From positions 5,402,198 to 5,466,197 of the forward strand of contig OW818658.1 of NCBI GenBank assembly GCA_942492815.1: DNA of 64,000 bases, in the 5' to 3' direction. Positions 46,361-56,042 of this stretch are shown here, piece after piece (position 1 is the first letter of the stretch; every line of letters starts with the position of its first letter). This stretch comes from Candidatus Hydrogenedentales bacterium (lineage in GTDB: Bacteria; Hydrogenedentota; Hydrogenedentia; Hydrogenedentales; JAEUWI01). The position numbers and the translations under genes are program-made. The notes beneath the pieces are model-generated. The model did not search any database. It was given only the letters and a program-made list of their open reading frames with translations, and was not told the origin of the DNA.

Positions 46361-47668
46361 ATGCCTACCAAGAACCTCATAATCCTCGTGTTTGCCCTGA
46401 CCTCCCTGCTGTCCCTGCCCGCCACCGCCGAGACCTTCAAAGCGGGCTTCGCCAAGGCCGATATCACCCCGACGGCCCCCATGCCCATGTGGGGCTATGG
46501 CGCGCGGCACGATGTCCTGTCCCAAGGCGTGCGCGATCCGCTTTTTGCCAAGGCCGTGGTCGTGGAGGCCGGGGACCAGAAAGTGGCCCTTGTGGGGCTG
46601 GATCTGGGCCGCTCGCCCGATGCCGCCATGATGGACCGCATCCGCGCCGCCGTGAAGGCCACCTCGGGCGTGACCTTCGTCATGCTGTCGGGCTCCCACA
46701 CCCACCACGGGCCGGTGCTGGAGATGCAGGACAAGGAGGGGATGGGCAAGGGCAAGTTCGACGACGCCGTGGCCTATGTGAAGACCCTGGAAGAAAAACT
46801 CATCGCTGTGATCAACGACGCGGCCGCCTCCGCGCAGGATGCGCGCATCGGCTGGGGCTCGGCCATGGTGGATCGCAACCGAAACCGCCACAAGAAATTC
46901 GACCCAAAACCCACCGACCCTGAATTGAGCGTGCTTCGCTTTGACGACCTCGCGGGTAAGCCCATCGCGCTGATGATCAACTTCGCGGCCCACCCGACCA
47001 TGCTGCCGGGCGAGGATCTGCGTTTCTCCGCGGAGTGGCCGGGCCAGATGATGTACACGGTGGAAGAGGGCCTGGGCACGAACGCGGGCTTCCTCCAGGG
47101 CGCGGCGGGCGACATGTCCTGCAAGCCGACGGATACCACGAAGGACATCGAATCCTTCGGAAAGGCCATCGGCGCGGAAGTGATCGAGATCGCTAAAGCC
47201 ATTGAAACCAAAGTGCCCGAAAATCCCCGCATTCAGGGCATGGATGAAGACTTCGATTTCAAGACCCGCATCCCGCTGGACAATCCCATGACCCTGGGAG
47301 TGCTCTCCACCGCCTTCTTCCCCGAGCTCGCCGCTGCCGCCGTCGACGCGATGAAGGGCGACCGCATTACGCCCCACCTCACTACGATTCTCATCAATCA
47401 GGAGCTCGCGCTGGTGGGCGGCTCGGGCGAGTTCTTCTGCGATCATTCCAATCGCCTGAAAGAGCGCGCCTGGGGCCTGAAGACGATCTTCGTGGGCTAT
47501 TGCAATGGCCACCACATGTACTTCCCCACCATAGAAGGCGCGTCCGTCGGCGGTTATGGCGCGGATGCCACCGTGAGCTGGGTCCCCGTCGGCGCGGGCG
47601 AGCAGATGATGGACAAGGCCCTCATCAACCTCTACACGATGCTGGGAAAATACGTGTTAAAGCTGTAG
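46361..47668 (+). CDS. Neutral/alkaline ceramidase-like secreted amidohydrolase
   Basis: Motifs AGFAKADITP, DPLFAKA, SHTHHGP, NFAAHPT, FLQGAAGD, GEFF, GYCNG..YFPT. Confidence 0.8.
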   Translation: MPTKNLIILVFALTSLLSLPATAETFKAGFAKADITPTAPMPMWGYGARHDVLSQGVRDPLFAKAVVVEAGDQKVALVGLDLGRSPDAAMMDRIRAAVKATSGVTFVMLSGSHTHHGPVLEMQDKEGMGKGKFDDAVAYVKTLEEKLIAVINDAAASAQDARIGWGSAMVDRNRNRHKKFDPKPTDPELSVLRFDDLAGKPIALMINFAAHPTMLPGEDLRFSAEWPGQMMYTVEEGLGTNAGFLQGAAGDMSCKPTDTTKDIESFGKAIGAEVIEIAKAIETKVPENPRIQGMDEDFDFKTRIPLDNPMTLGVLSTAFFPELAAAAVDAMKGDRITPHLTTILINQELALVGGSGEFFCDHSNRLKERAWGLKTIFVGYCNGHHMYFPTIEGASVGGYGADATVSWVPVGAGEQMMDKALINLYTMLGKYVLKL

Positions 47669-47687
47669 CAATCCGATTTTGAAAGAC

Positions 47688-47718
47688 AAAGGCGCGGGGA
47701 AATACTCCCGCGCCTTTT
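47688..47718. terminator. Bidirectional terminator between convergent genes
   Basis: Stem AAAGGCGCGGG/CCCGCGCCTTT. Confidence 0.8.
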
Positions 47719-47739
47719 GTGTGTCAATTCAAAATCGAT

Positions 47740-48828
47740 TTACGCCGCCTTCGCGGGCTTGTGGCGGAACTCGTAGATCGCCGTGCCCAGGATCAGCAGG
47801 GCCACAACGGGCAGTACGCCGAGTCCCACGACCTTCGAATAGGTCGGCAGGGAGGACGAAGATCCCGCGTGGAGCACCAGGTAGACGGTATAAAGAATGT
47901 AGAGCCCGAAGAAGACCGCGCCTTCCCACCGGAGGATAAGCAGGCCGGTGAAGAAGATGGGCAAACAGATGATGGCGACGCCGATCATGACGGGCAGATC
48001 GAGCTGAATGGCCGAGGCCTGGACGTTGATCGGCGACACGATGGCGGTAAAACCCAGCACCGAGAGGATGTTGAAGATGTTGCTACCCACCACATTGCCG
48101 ATGGCGATGTCCCGCTCGCCGCGGATGGTGGCGACGACTGAAGTGGCCACTTCGGGGAGGGAGGTGCCCGCCGCCACAATGGTAAGCCCGATGACCAACT
48201 GGCTCACGCCCATGGCCTCGGCAACGGTAATGGCCGAATCTACGAACATGCGCGCGCCGGTCACCAGCAGCACCAGACCGATCAGCAGCAGGAGAAAATT
48301 CCACGCAACCGTTTTCGGGCTGTGCTCCTGGACAACCGCATACTCCTGATCGAATTCCGCCTTGATCGCCTTGGTCTCCCGCCGGCTCTTGATCACGGTG
48401 AAAGCCGTATATCCGATGGCGCCCGAGGCCAGGATCAGGCCGTCCACGCGCCCGATGCTCCCATCCAGGCAGAGCACGAATCCCAGAATGGACACGCCAA
48501 TCATGATGGGCACATCCATGCGCACCAACTGGCTGTCCACTTTGAGCGGCAAGATCATCGCGCAAATGCCGAGAATGAACAGTACGTTGAATATGTTGCT
48601 CCCGATGACATTGCCCAGAGCAATATCGCTCTGGCCGGCGAGAGCGCTCTTCATGCTCACTGCAAATTCCGGGGCACTGGTGCCATAGGCCACCACCGTC
48701 AACCCGATCACCAGCGAGGACACGCCCGCCAGGGCCGCGAGCCGGGATGCCCCGCGCACGAGGAACTCCGCACCCACCGTAAGGATCGTGAGACCCACCA
48801 GAAGGGTCAGAAAAATCATCGGTGTCAT
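47740..48828 (-). CDS. Calcium/sodium:proton antiporter (CaCA, YrbG-like)
   Basis: Two alpha repeats GTSAPE...GNVIGSNIFN and GTSLPE...GNVVGSNIFN. Confidence 0.93.
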   Translation of the reverse strand: MTPMIFLTLLVGLTILTVGAEFLVRGASRLAALAGVSSLVIGLTVVAYGTSAPEFAVSMKSALAGQSDIALGNVIGSNIFNVLFILGICAMILPLKVDSQLVRMDVPIMIGVSILGFVLCLDGSIGRVDGLILASGAIGYTAFTVIKSRRETKAIKAEFDQEYAVVQEHSPKTVAWNFLLLLIGLVLLVTGARMFVDSAITVAEAMGVSQLVIGLTIVAAGTSLPEVATSVVATIRGERDIAIGNVVGSNIFNILSVLGFTAIVSPINVQASAIQLDLPVMIGVAIICLPIFFTGLLILRWEGAVFFGLYILYTVYLVLHAGSSSSLPTYSKVVGLGVLPVVALLILGTAIYEFRHKPAKAA

Positions 48829-49125
48829 GGAATAGGGGGTCTCCTGGGGCTGCTACCGGCTCTCTCGGTAAAAAAGGGAAAATTCTATGGATTGGAAACG
48901 GCAAGACGCGGCCCACCGCAGCAAAAGGGTACTTTATGCCGCTTGGCGATGCAACCTTTCCGCCGTGGTGTGGGTCCTTGCAGGTATAATGGCGGGTGTC
49001 TGCAGGCCCGAGCCCGCCTCCCCGAAATATGCATGGCGGGGTGCAGTGCAAGAGGCAGTCTTCACCCGGCCCGCCCCGTTTGTTGAGTCCCGAAACCACC
49101 CACATCCCAGGTAAGCCCCCAATCG

Positions 49126-50046
49126 ATGTCCACCCTCTTAAAGTGCCCCGCTATCCTCATGGGTGCCTCCGCCTACATCCTCTGGGGCATCTTCCCCCTT
49201 TACTTCTACTACCTGACCTCCGTCGGCAGTTGGGAGGTCCTCTCCCACCGCATCGTCTGGTCCGTCATCGCCCTCGTCGTCCTGCTCTGGTGGAAGGGAC
49301 GCCACGCCGCCGCCCTCCAGGCCCTTCGCTCCCCACGGCTGGTCGGACTGCTCGCCATCACCTCCGGCCTCATCACCACCAACTGGATTGTCTACATCCA
49401 CGCCGTCGCCACCCACCGCACCATCGAGGCCAGCCTGGGCTATTTCATCAATCCCATTATCCTCATCCTGCTCGGCCTCCTCGTATTTAAGGAGCGGCTC
49501 AACCCCTACCAGAGGATCTGTATCTCGCTGGCGGCCGCTGGCGTCATCTACCAGATCGCCATGCTCGGTTCCGTCTCCTGGATCTCCCTGATTCTCCCCG
49601 CCTCCTTCGGGCTCTACGGCATGATGAAGAAGCACATACCGCTGGACTCCATCTCCAGCCTCTTCATCGAGACTCTGATCTCCGCGCCCATCGCGGCGAT
49701 CTACCTCGCCGTGCTCGCGGCCCAGGGCAAGCTCGGTCTTTTCAATGGGCCGGCCCATGTTCAGGTGCTCCTCCTCCTCGCGGGCCTCGTCACCTGCATC
49801 CCCCTGATCCTTTTCGCCGAAGGCGCGCAGCGTCTCCCCCTCAACACCATGGGCTTCCTCCAATACATCACCCCCAGCCTCCAGTTCTCCATCGGACTCT
49901 TCGTCTTCGGGGAACCCATGAACACCCACAAACTCATCGGCTTCATCTTCGTCTGGTCGGGACTCGCCATCCTCGCCATCGGTCAGATGCACGGCTACCG
50001 CGCTCGGCGAGAACTCATGCCCGCCCCGGTCCCCGAGGCGGAGTGA
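49126..50046 (+). CDS. rarD: EamA-family transporter RarD
   Basis: Motifs AYILWG.FPLYF, HRIVWS, EASLGYFINP, SFGLYG, GFLQYITPSLQF. Confidence 0.9.
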   Translation: MSTLLKCPAILMGASAYILWGIFPLYFYYLTSVGSWEVLSHRIVWSVIALVVLLWWKGRHAAALQALRSPRLVGLLAITSGLITTNWIVYIHAVATHRTIEASLGYFINPIILILLGLLVFKERLNPYQRICISLAAAGVIYQIAMLGSVSWISLILPASFGLYGMMKKHIPLDSISSLFIETLISAPIAAIYLAVLAAQGKLGLFNGPAHVQVLLLLAGLVTCIPLILFAEGAQRLPLNTMGFLQYITPSLQFSIGLFVFGEPMNTHKLIGFIFVWSGLAILAIGQMHGYRARRELMPAPVPEAE

Positions 50047-50138
50047 GGGGACTACCAACAAGCCGTCAACGCCTATTGCCTGCACTTACGAAAATCATCG
50101 TATATACGAAAAGTGTGTTTTGAGATATTATTGCAGCC

Positions 50139-50179
50139 ATCATTGAAATCTCGGAGCGTCACTCCGAGATTTCAATGAT
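50139..50179. terminator. Perfect 18-bp-stem hairpin between convergent genes
   Basis: ATCATTGAAATCTCGGAG-CGTCA-CTCCGAGATTTCAATGAT. Confidence 0.55.
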
Positions 50180-50188
50180 AAACTAGCT

Positions 50189-50869
50189 TCAAGTCCGCAC
50201 TCTGCAACCTCCCAACTCATCAGGAAAGAACGCCTGATAGCTCCCATTCCCGATATCAAGGATGCCAAAGGCACCAGACCGGCCGCTCTGACTTTTGCTT
50301 TTTACGCTGCCTACCCCGCCCGGCAGGATGAAATACCGCGTATTCCCATCCAGTGAAATCACCCCACCGGGCACAATTGGGATCGTTCCAGTCTCGGCAA
50401 TCACGCCGGGTGGGCAGGAATGGCCCACGCAACAAATACCGCCGCTCCGCCCTTCCGGGAAGGCCCCGTACTCCCGAAGCAGCTCCACGAAACCGATTGG
50501 CTCACGGGGGCCCCTTGGGCTGCCCGGAAACACCTCGAATGTTTCGAAATGGAGCCCAATGGGCAGGCCCCGCAACCACGCCGAGCTTTCATCCGTCAGG
50601 ACTTCCCGCGTCCACAGCACACTTGCCAGCGCCTCACGCGAAAAACCCCAGGGGTCGGCCAGGCCGCAGGCCACGGAATCGTGGGAACCACGTATTGCCA
50701 GGACGCCTCGGCCCCGAAGGATCGCGATGCATTCGTTGGGCTGACCGCCATACCCCACGATGTTGCCGAGGCATACGACCTGATCCGCGCCCTCGGCCTC
50801 GATAGATTCAAGTATTTGACGCAGCGAGGGTTCGTCGGCGTAAATATCGGCAATGATGGCGTAGCGCAT
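50189..50869 (-). CDS. Calcineurin-like metallophosphoesterase fold with degenerate metal ligands
   Basis: Motif positions are recognisable: IIADIY, CLGNIVGYG, RGSHD, PGSP, VGHS, PGGVG. Confidence 0.7.
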   Translation of the reverse strand: MRYAIIADIYADEPSLRQILESIEAEGADQVVCLGNIVGYGGQPNECIAILRGRGVLAIRGSHDSVACGLADPWGFSREALASVLWTREVLTDESSAWLRGLPIGLHFETFEVFPGSPRGPREPIGFVELLREYGAFPEGRSGGICCVGHSCPPGVIAETGTIPIVPGGVISLDGNTRYFILPGGVGSVKSKSQSGRSGAFGILDIGNGSYQAFFPDELGGCRVRT

Positions 50870-51006
50870 GACTGACGTCCTTTCTCCATCCAGAGTACCA
50901 CGCGAAACGCTCCCTATCTCCCGCTTGTAAGAGGCGTTTCAACCTCTTCTTGAACAACTACCGAGTTCTTCAAAGGTATACCCATGGTCAAACTTACCAG
51001 CCCCGA

Positions 51007-51600
51007 TCAACCCTTCTCCACAGGAATATCCGAGATACTGCTGTATATCCACACGTTCTGGGCAGCACCGGGACCGTCGTAGTAGGTAGCCTCCACCACC
51101 TCACTGCCCGAATATAACTGAATTGTCGTGTTCCCGATCTTTCTTCCCTGAAATACCCCGTTGTCCCAGCGAACGCCGACGGGAGCCTTGCTGCGTTCGG
51201 CCATTTCCGCGAGCGCGCTCACCAGCTTGGAAACTATCGTTCCGCCTTCGGGGCTTTCAAAGCGTCCAAGGGTGCGAATAACACGTGTCAACACACCATG
51301 TTCGAAGTGCAATGATCCAATATGCTCCTTGTTACCTTCGCGCTTGTGAATCGTGTAGAACGAGATCTCGGGCTGGTCGATATCGGGTTGGCTCATACTA
51401 ACCAGAAACTCCCTCTGAAATGATTCGAGCACCTCGACCTCTTTCTGCCCCAATGCATACACACAGTCGCCAAAGCGGTAGACCTCGCCCACCTTGTCCG
51501 TTTCCGCCCGCACCCCATCGAATTGGGTTAACCTTCCCAGGCAGAAACTCGCGGCACACAGCAACACAACCCATCCCCACCTCAAGCTTTTGCGTTTCAT
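51007..51600 (-). CDS. Hypothetical exported protein (197 aa)
   Basis: Signal-like N-terminus MKRKSLRWGWVVLLCAASF. AT-richer than the flanks. Confidence 0.6.
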   Translation of the reverse strand: MKRKSLRWGWVVLLCAASFCLGRLTQFDGVRAETDKVGEVYRFGDCVYALGQKEVEVLESFQREFLVSMSQPDIDQPEISFYTIHKREGNKEHIGSLHFEHGVLTRVIRTLGRFESPEGGTIVSKLVSALAEMAERSKAPVGVRWDNGVFQGRKIGNTTIQLYSGSEVVEATYYDGPGAAQNVWIYSSISDIPVEKG

Positions 51601-51689
51601 AACGGGCCTCCTCAAATTGTTTTCAGACAATGATATAACGATTTTGAACCCAGGATCTGTGAATCTCATTATGGGCGGCGTCTTTTCAG

Positions 51690-52059
51690 GGGGACTGCAT
51701 CCGTCTGCCACACGATGGGAAGCACGGAGCCACGTCGCCGCCGCAGATCGAGGCTGTCCCCCCAAAGAATCGTCCGCGTCGATGCCGTTTCTCCAAGGGT
51801 ACAGCCACCCACCGCTCAAAGTCGCCTCCACCGCTTCCGCAGCCAAGATCGTATTGCGGCGGGATGCAGTCCCCGGGGACTGCATCCGTCTGCCACGCGA
51901 CGAGAAGCACGGAGCCACGTCCCCGCCGCAGATGGTGGCTGTCCCCCCAAAGAATCGTCCGCGTCGATGCCGTTTCTCCAAGGGTACAGCCACCCGCCGC
52001 TTATCGACTCTCGAACCGCTTACGCGGCGAAGCCAACCCTGCGGTGGGAGGCAGTCCCC
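51690..52059. mobile_element. Two head-to-tail 185-bp MITE/REPIN-like elements with GGGGACTGCATCC terminal inverted repeats
   Basis: Units at 51690-51874 and 51875-52059. Internal inverted pair GGTGGCTGTCCCC/GGGTACAGCCACC. Confidence 0.75.
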
Positions 52060-52139
52060 ATTGAAGTCCCCCGCCGTGTGCCTTAAACTATACCCCGACA
52101 GCCCATACCCCCAAATCCCCGGAGCAACCCGTCCCCGCC

Positions 52140-52982
52140 ATGACCCTGCAGCACTTTGAAGGCACCGACCAGTATTACCTCGACCCCGAGCTCAAGGCCA
52201 TCGTCAATATTGCCCTGACGATGGAAAAACCCCTGCTGCTCACGGGTGAGGCGGGCACGGGCAAGACCCAGCTCGCCATGGAAGTGGCGCGCTCCCTGGG
52301 CATGGACACGGAAATCCTCCGCTGCAAGTCCACCATCAAAGGCGAGGAAGCCTGCTACACTCAGGACACGGTCCTGCGCCTGAACGACGCCCGCTTCGGC
52401 GGCGGCAACTCGGGCCGCAATGTGGAGAGCTTCTACGATTACGTTATCTGGGGACCCATCGGTCGAGCCTTCCGCACGGACAAGAAAGTGGTGCTGTTGC
52501 TGGACGAGGTGGATAAGACCGAGTCGGACGTGCAGGACAACCTCCTGGACATCCTGGAAGACTGCCAGTTCACCATCCGGGAAGTGAATGACACGATCAA
52601 AGCCAAAATCCGCCCGGCGATCTTTATCACGTCCAATGCCAAGCGCGAGCTTTCCGATCCCTTTCTCCGCCGCTGCTATTGCCACCACATCGCCTTTCCT
52701 TCGCGCGATGACATGAAGCAGATCGTGAACCTTCACTATCCCCAGACCAGCCCGAAGCTGCTGGAAGCGGCCATCAACATTTTTTACGAACTCCGCGAAC
52801 GCGGCTTTGAAAAGCCCCCGGCGACGAGCGAACTCCTCGACTGGATCGGCGCGCTGGAGGCCACGGGGCAGATGCCCACGCGGGAAATGCCGCCCCTTAC
52901 CGGTGCGCTGCTGAAGCGCGCGGGCGATATCCTCCGTTATCGCGGCGGCGGCGCGGGCAAGACCCGAGGCTCGAACTACTGA
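52140..52982 (+). CDS. MoxR-family AAA+ ATPase
   Basis: Walker A GEAGTGKT, Walker B LLDEVDK, ITSNAKRELSDPFLRRC. Confidence 0.92.
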   Translation: MTLQHFEGTDQYYLDPELKAIVNIALTMEKPLLLTGEAGTGKTQLAMEVARSLGMDTEILRCKSTIKGEEACYTQDTVLRLNDARFGGGNSGRNVESFYDYVIWGPIGRAFRTDKKVVLLLDEVDKTESDVQDNLLDILEDCQFTIREVNDTIKAKIRPAIFITSNAKRELSDPFLRRCYCHHIAFPSRDDMKQIVNLHYPQTSPKLLEAAINIFYELRERGFEKPPATSELLDWIGALEATGQMPTREMPPLTGALLKRAGDILRYRGGGAGKTRGSNY

Positions 52983-54205
52983 TGCTCACGGTCTCGCCGG
53001 ACTACAGCAACGTCCTCTTCATGGACTTCGTCTACCGCCTCCGCGAGTATGGCGTGCCCGTCAGCCCGAAGGACCTGCTGGAGCTGAACGCGGGCCTGGA
53101 GAAAGGGCTGGTCAAGGATCTCGACGACCTCTTTGTATTCGCGCGCCTCGTTTTCGTGCGCAAGGTGGAGTACATGGACGCCTTCGAGCGGGCCTTCTGC
53201 TTCTATTTCTACGGCATCGATATCCCCCCCGTGGCCGAGGGCGACTTTGCCCTCTTCAACACCAAGCAATTCAAGGAATGGCTCCGGCAGCAGATCGAAG
53301 ACGGCAAGATCCCGAAGAAGGCCGTCTGGCACTACGACCCCGACGAGCTCATGGCGAAATTCTGGGAGACGGTGCGCGAACAGATGGAGGCCCACGCGGG
53401 CGGCAGCAAGTGGGTCGGCCAGCGGGGCAACTCCCCCTTCGGCCACAGCGGCAACTCCGAGCGGGGCATCCGCGTGGAGGGTGAATCGCGCAACCGCAGC
53501 GCGCTGAAGGCCATCGGCGATCGCCGCTACGTGGAATACGCCGACACCCAGCAACTGCGCGCGGAAAACCTGCGCCAGGCCCTCGAATCCATGAAGCACA
53601 TGAAAAACGAAGGCCCCCGCGACCGCCTGAACCTGGACGACACCATCCGCAACACGGCGCGCAACGGCGGCGACATCGACCTCTGCTTCGAGCGCGATCT
53701 CCGCGACAAGATCAGCGTAGTACTCCTCATCGACAACGGCGGCTACTCCATGACGCCCTTCGTGGAGATCACGCGCCTCCTCTTCACCAAGCTCCACGAG
53801 CGCTTCGAAGACCTGCAGGTCTACTACTTTCACAACACCGTCTACGAAAACGTCTGGACCGACTTCCGCCGCCTCCGCGCCCACCCCACGGAGCTGCTAC
53901 TTCAACGCCGCAACGACACCCGCGTGGTCATCTTCGGCGATGCCTCCATGGCCCCGGAGGAGCTCGTGTCCCACGGCGGATCCATCACCAACTACGGCGG
54001 CGGCGACCAGCGCCCCAGCCTCTACTGGCTCAACCGCTTCGCCGAGCGCTTCCCCCACACCTGCTGGCTCAACCCAATCTCGAAAGAGCTCTGGAAAGAC
54101 ACCTACGGCTACTACACCCTCAACCAGATTCGAAACATCTTCCACATGGAAGACATGACCCTCGGCGGCATCAAGCGCATGGTCGATTTTCTGAGCGAGA
54201 AGTAA
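52982..54205 (+). CDS. VWA-domain (CoxE-like) partner of MoxR
   Basis: Motifs KWVGQRGNSPFGHSG, LDDTIRNTA, LLIDNGGYSM, YYFHN, GDASMAP. TGATG-coupled to the ATPase. Confidence 0.85.
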   Translation: MLTVSPDYSNVLFMDFVYRLREYGVPVSPKDLLELNAGLEKGLVKDLDDLFVFARLVFVRKVEYMDAFERAFCFYFYGIDIPPVAEGDFALFNTKQFKEWLRQQIEDGKIPKKAVWHYDPDELMAKFWETVREQMEAHAGGSKWVGQRGNSPFGHSGNSERGIRVEGESRNRSALKAIGDRRYVEYADTQQLRAENLRQALESMKHMKNEGPRDRLNLDDTIRNTARNGGDIDLCFERDLRDKISVVLLIDNGGYSMTPFVEITRLLFTKLHERFEDLQVYYFHNTVYENVWTDFRRLRAHPTELLLQRRNDTRVVIFGDASMAPEELVSHGGSITNYGGGDQRPSLYWLNRFAERFPHTCWLNPISKELWKDTYGYYTLNQIRNIFHMEDMTLGGIKRMVDFLSEK

Positions 54206-54209
54206 GGAC

Positions 54210-54280
54210 GGGGACAGTTGCCGATTGGCACGTGACCCCACCACAAAGTCAGGTCGTCGCCCCAATCGGAAACTGTCCCC
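54210..54280. repeat. REP-like inverted pair GGGGACAGTT(G/T)CCGATTGG
   Basis: 54210-54228 vs reverse complement of 54262-54280, 18/19. Confidence 0.8.
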
Positions 54281-54351
54281 CTGAAGAAACGCTCACGCAG
54301 AATGCGTTTTCACTTCAAACGCTATCCACTGGAAGCATCAACAATACTGAC

Positions 54352-54520
54352 TGAACCACGAATGGACACGAATTCACACGAATAAGAAAAACGGCAAACC
54401 ACAAAGAACGCACAGGCCCCTCCTTTGTGCTCTTTGCGTTCTTTGTGGTTTGATCTCAAACCTGCTTTTGGAACGATGTTCAATTCTTATTCGTGTGAAT
54501 TCGAGTCCATTCGTGGTTCA
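54352..54520. repeat. Nested inverted pairs: outer 37-bp arms (CACGAAT x3), inner 18-bp arms (CAAACCACAAAGAACGCA)
   Basis: Outer 54352-54388 / 54484-54520, 36/37. Inner 54395-54412 / 54435-54452, 18/18. Confidence 0.85.
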
Positions 54521-54719
54521 GCTCCTTTGAGGATTTACACCGTCGGGGCTCTGGACCATTGACGAGGACCATGGAATACGTTGATGTATCCCGCGCACCT
54601 CCCTGACGACGGGACGGCCACACGCGCTGACGTGCCTGCCGCTACCACCAATCTAGTTTAGGCCTTGGGTCTGCGCCGCCAGTTACGAGTGCGCCTGCGT
54701 GCGTCAGTCCCTATGTGAA

Positions 54720-55721
54720 CTAAAATCCACTCAATACAATCTTCCCCCGCGACTTACCGCTCTCCAGCAGGGCGTGGGCCTTGAGCAGATTCGCGGCGTT
54801 GATCGTGCCGAAGTTCTCGGCGACGGTGGTTTTGATATCGCCACTGTCAACAAGCTCCGAGACGCGGTTGAGCATCTCGTGTTGTTTGATCATATCCTCG
54901 GTCTGAAACAACGACCGCGTGAACATCAGTTCCCAGTGCCACGAAACGCTCTTCCGCTTGAAGGGCATGATGTCGATGGCGACCGGATCATCAATCACCG
55001 CAATCTTCCCTTGCGGCGCTATCAACGCCGCATACTGGTCCAGGTAATCCCCCGTGTTGGTCAGGCTCGCGATGTAGTTCACGGTGACGCCAATACGCTC
55101 CAGTTGCTCGACCATCGGCTTGCTATGATCAATCACATGATCCGCGCCCAGCGACTTCACCCAATCCACCGTCTCTTCCCGCGACGCGGTCGCGACGACC
55201 GTCAGCCACGTGAGCTGTTTCGCAAGCTGCATCAGGATGGAGCCCACGCCGCCGCCCGCGCCAACGACCAGAATCGCGCCAAGGTGATACTCCGAAATCT
55301 CAAACCGATCGAACAGAATCTCCCACGCGGTCACCGTCGTAAGCGGCAACGCCGCAGCTTCAACAAAACTCAGCGACGACGGCTTCCGCCCCACGAGCCG
55401 CTCGTCAACCAGGTGAAACTCCGAGTTACAGCCCTGGCGCATCAACTCGCCGGCGTACCACACCTCATCGCCGACCTTGAAGAGCGTTACGCCATCGCCC
55501 ACCGCCTCCACGACCCCCACCGCATCCCAGCCCAGGATCTTCGGCTCGTCCCCCTCCGGCTGCGCACGTTTCCGCACCTTGGCGTCGACGGGATTCACCG
55601 AAATCGCCTCGACGCGTACGAGGATATCCCGCCCCGACGCCGTGGGCCTGGGCAACTCAAAATCGAACAATGCCATAGGGGCATCGACAGGCAGGGACTC
55701 TTTGTAACCGATGGCTTTCAT
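54720..55721 (-). CDS. Zinc-binding alcohol dehydrogenase-like MDR oxidoreductase (quinone reductase-like subfamily)
   Basis: Motifs SVNPVDAK, ILGWDAVG, AALPLT..TAWE, GAGGGVG, WELMFTRS, GKIVL. Confidence 0.92.
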   Translation of the reverse strand: MKAIGYKESLPVDAPMALFDFELPRPTASGRDILVRVEAISVNPVDAKVRKRAQPEGDEPKILGWDAVGVVEAVGDGVTLFKVGDEVWYAGELMRQGCNSEFHLVDERLVGRKPSSLSFVEAAALPLTTVTAWEILFDRFEISEYHLGAILVVGAGGGVGSILMQLAKQLTWLTVVATASREETVDWVKSLGADHVIDHSKPMVEQLERIGVTVNYIASLTNTGDYLDQYAALIAPQGKIAVIDDPVAIDIMPFKRKSVSWHWELMFTRSLFQTEDMIKQHEMLNRVSELVDSGDIKTTVAENFGTINAANLLKAHALLESGKSRGKIVLSGF

Positions 55722-56042
55722 AGGATGCTCCTGAATTCTTTTGGTTCTCAATCAACGGGGTTCCGGCGAGCATTGTAACCGAAGCGAACGCGACCACGGC
55801 AGATAGCTGGCTCCTCCGTGACGGGCCCCCTAGATGCACCTCGCGCCTGACCGGTGCTATTCCCCGCGCCGACCGGCTTAACCCATTCTCCTGAGTACGC
55901 TCAATAGCCCCCCAAGGATACCGCGCGCTGCGGTTGTATTCCCTTCACAGGCTCCGGTAGTCTTGCGGAGTTGGTAATCGGGCTGCGCGAAGTGCAATTC
56001 GGGGGCGTGCCGCCCGGCAGATCGCGCATTCTGGAGAGTGGT

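Noticed and set aside
48829-49125. yybP-ykoY or fluoride riboswitch upstream of the CaCA antiporter
   Set aside because: GGCAAGAC and GGCGATG occur only on the wrong strand or without the other conserved elements.
51494-52159. ORFs spanning 51601-52159 (including the upstream part of 51007-51993)
   Set aside because: They are translations of the 185-bp repeat doublet.
52140-54205. MoxR-VWA pair as a novel system
   Set aside because: This is a well-known, widespread arrangement.
54521-54719. tmRNA, SRP, 6S or RNase P RNA
   Set aside because: None of the diagnostic motifs were found. Retained only as a low-interest unexplained region.
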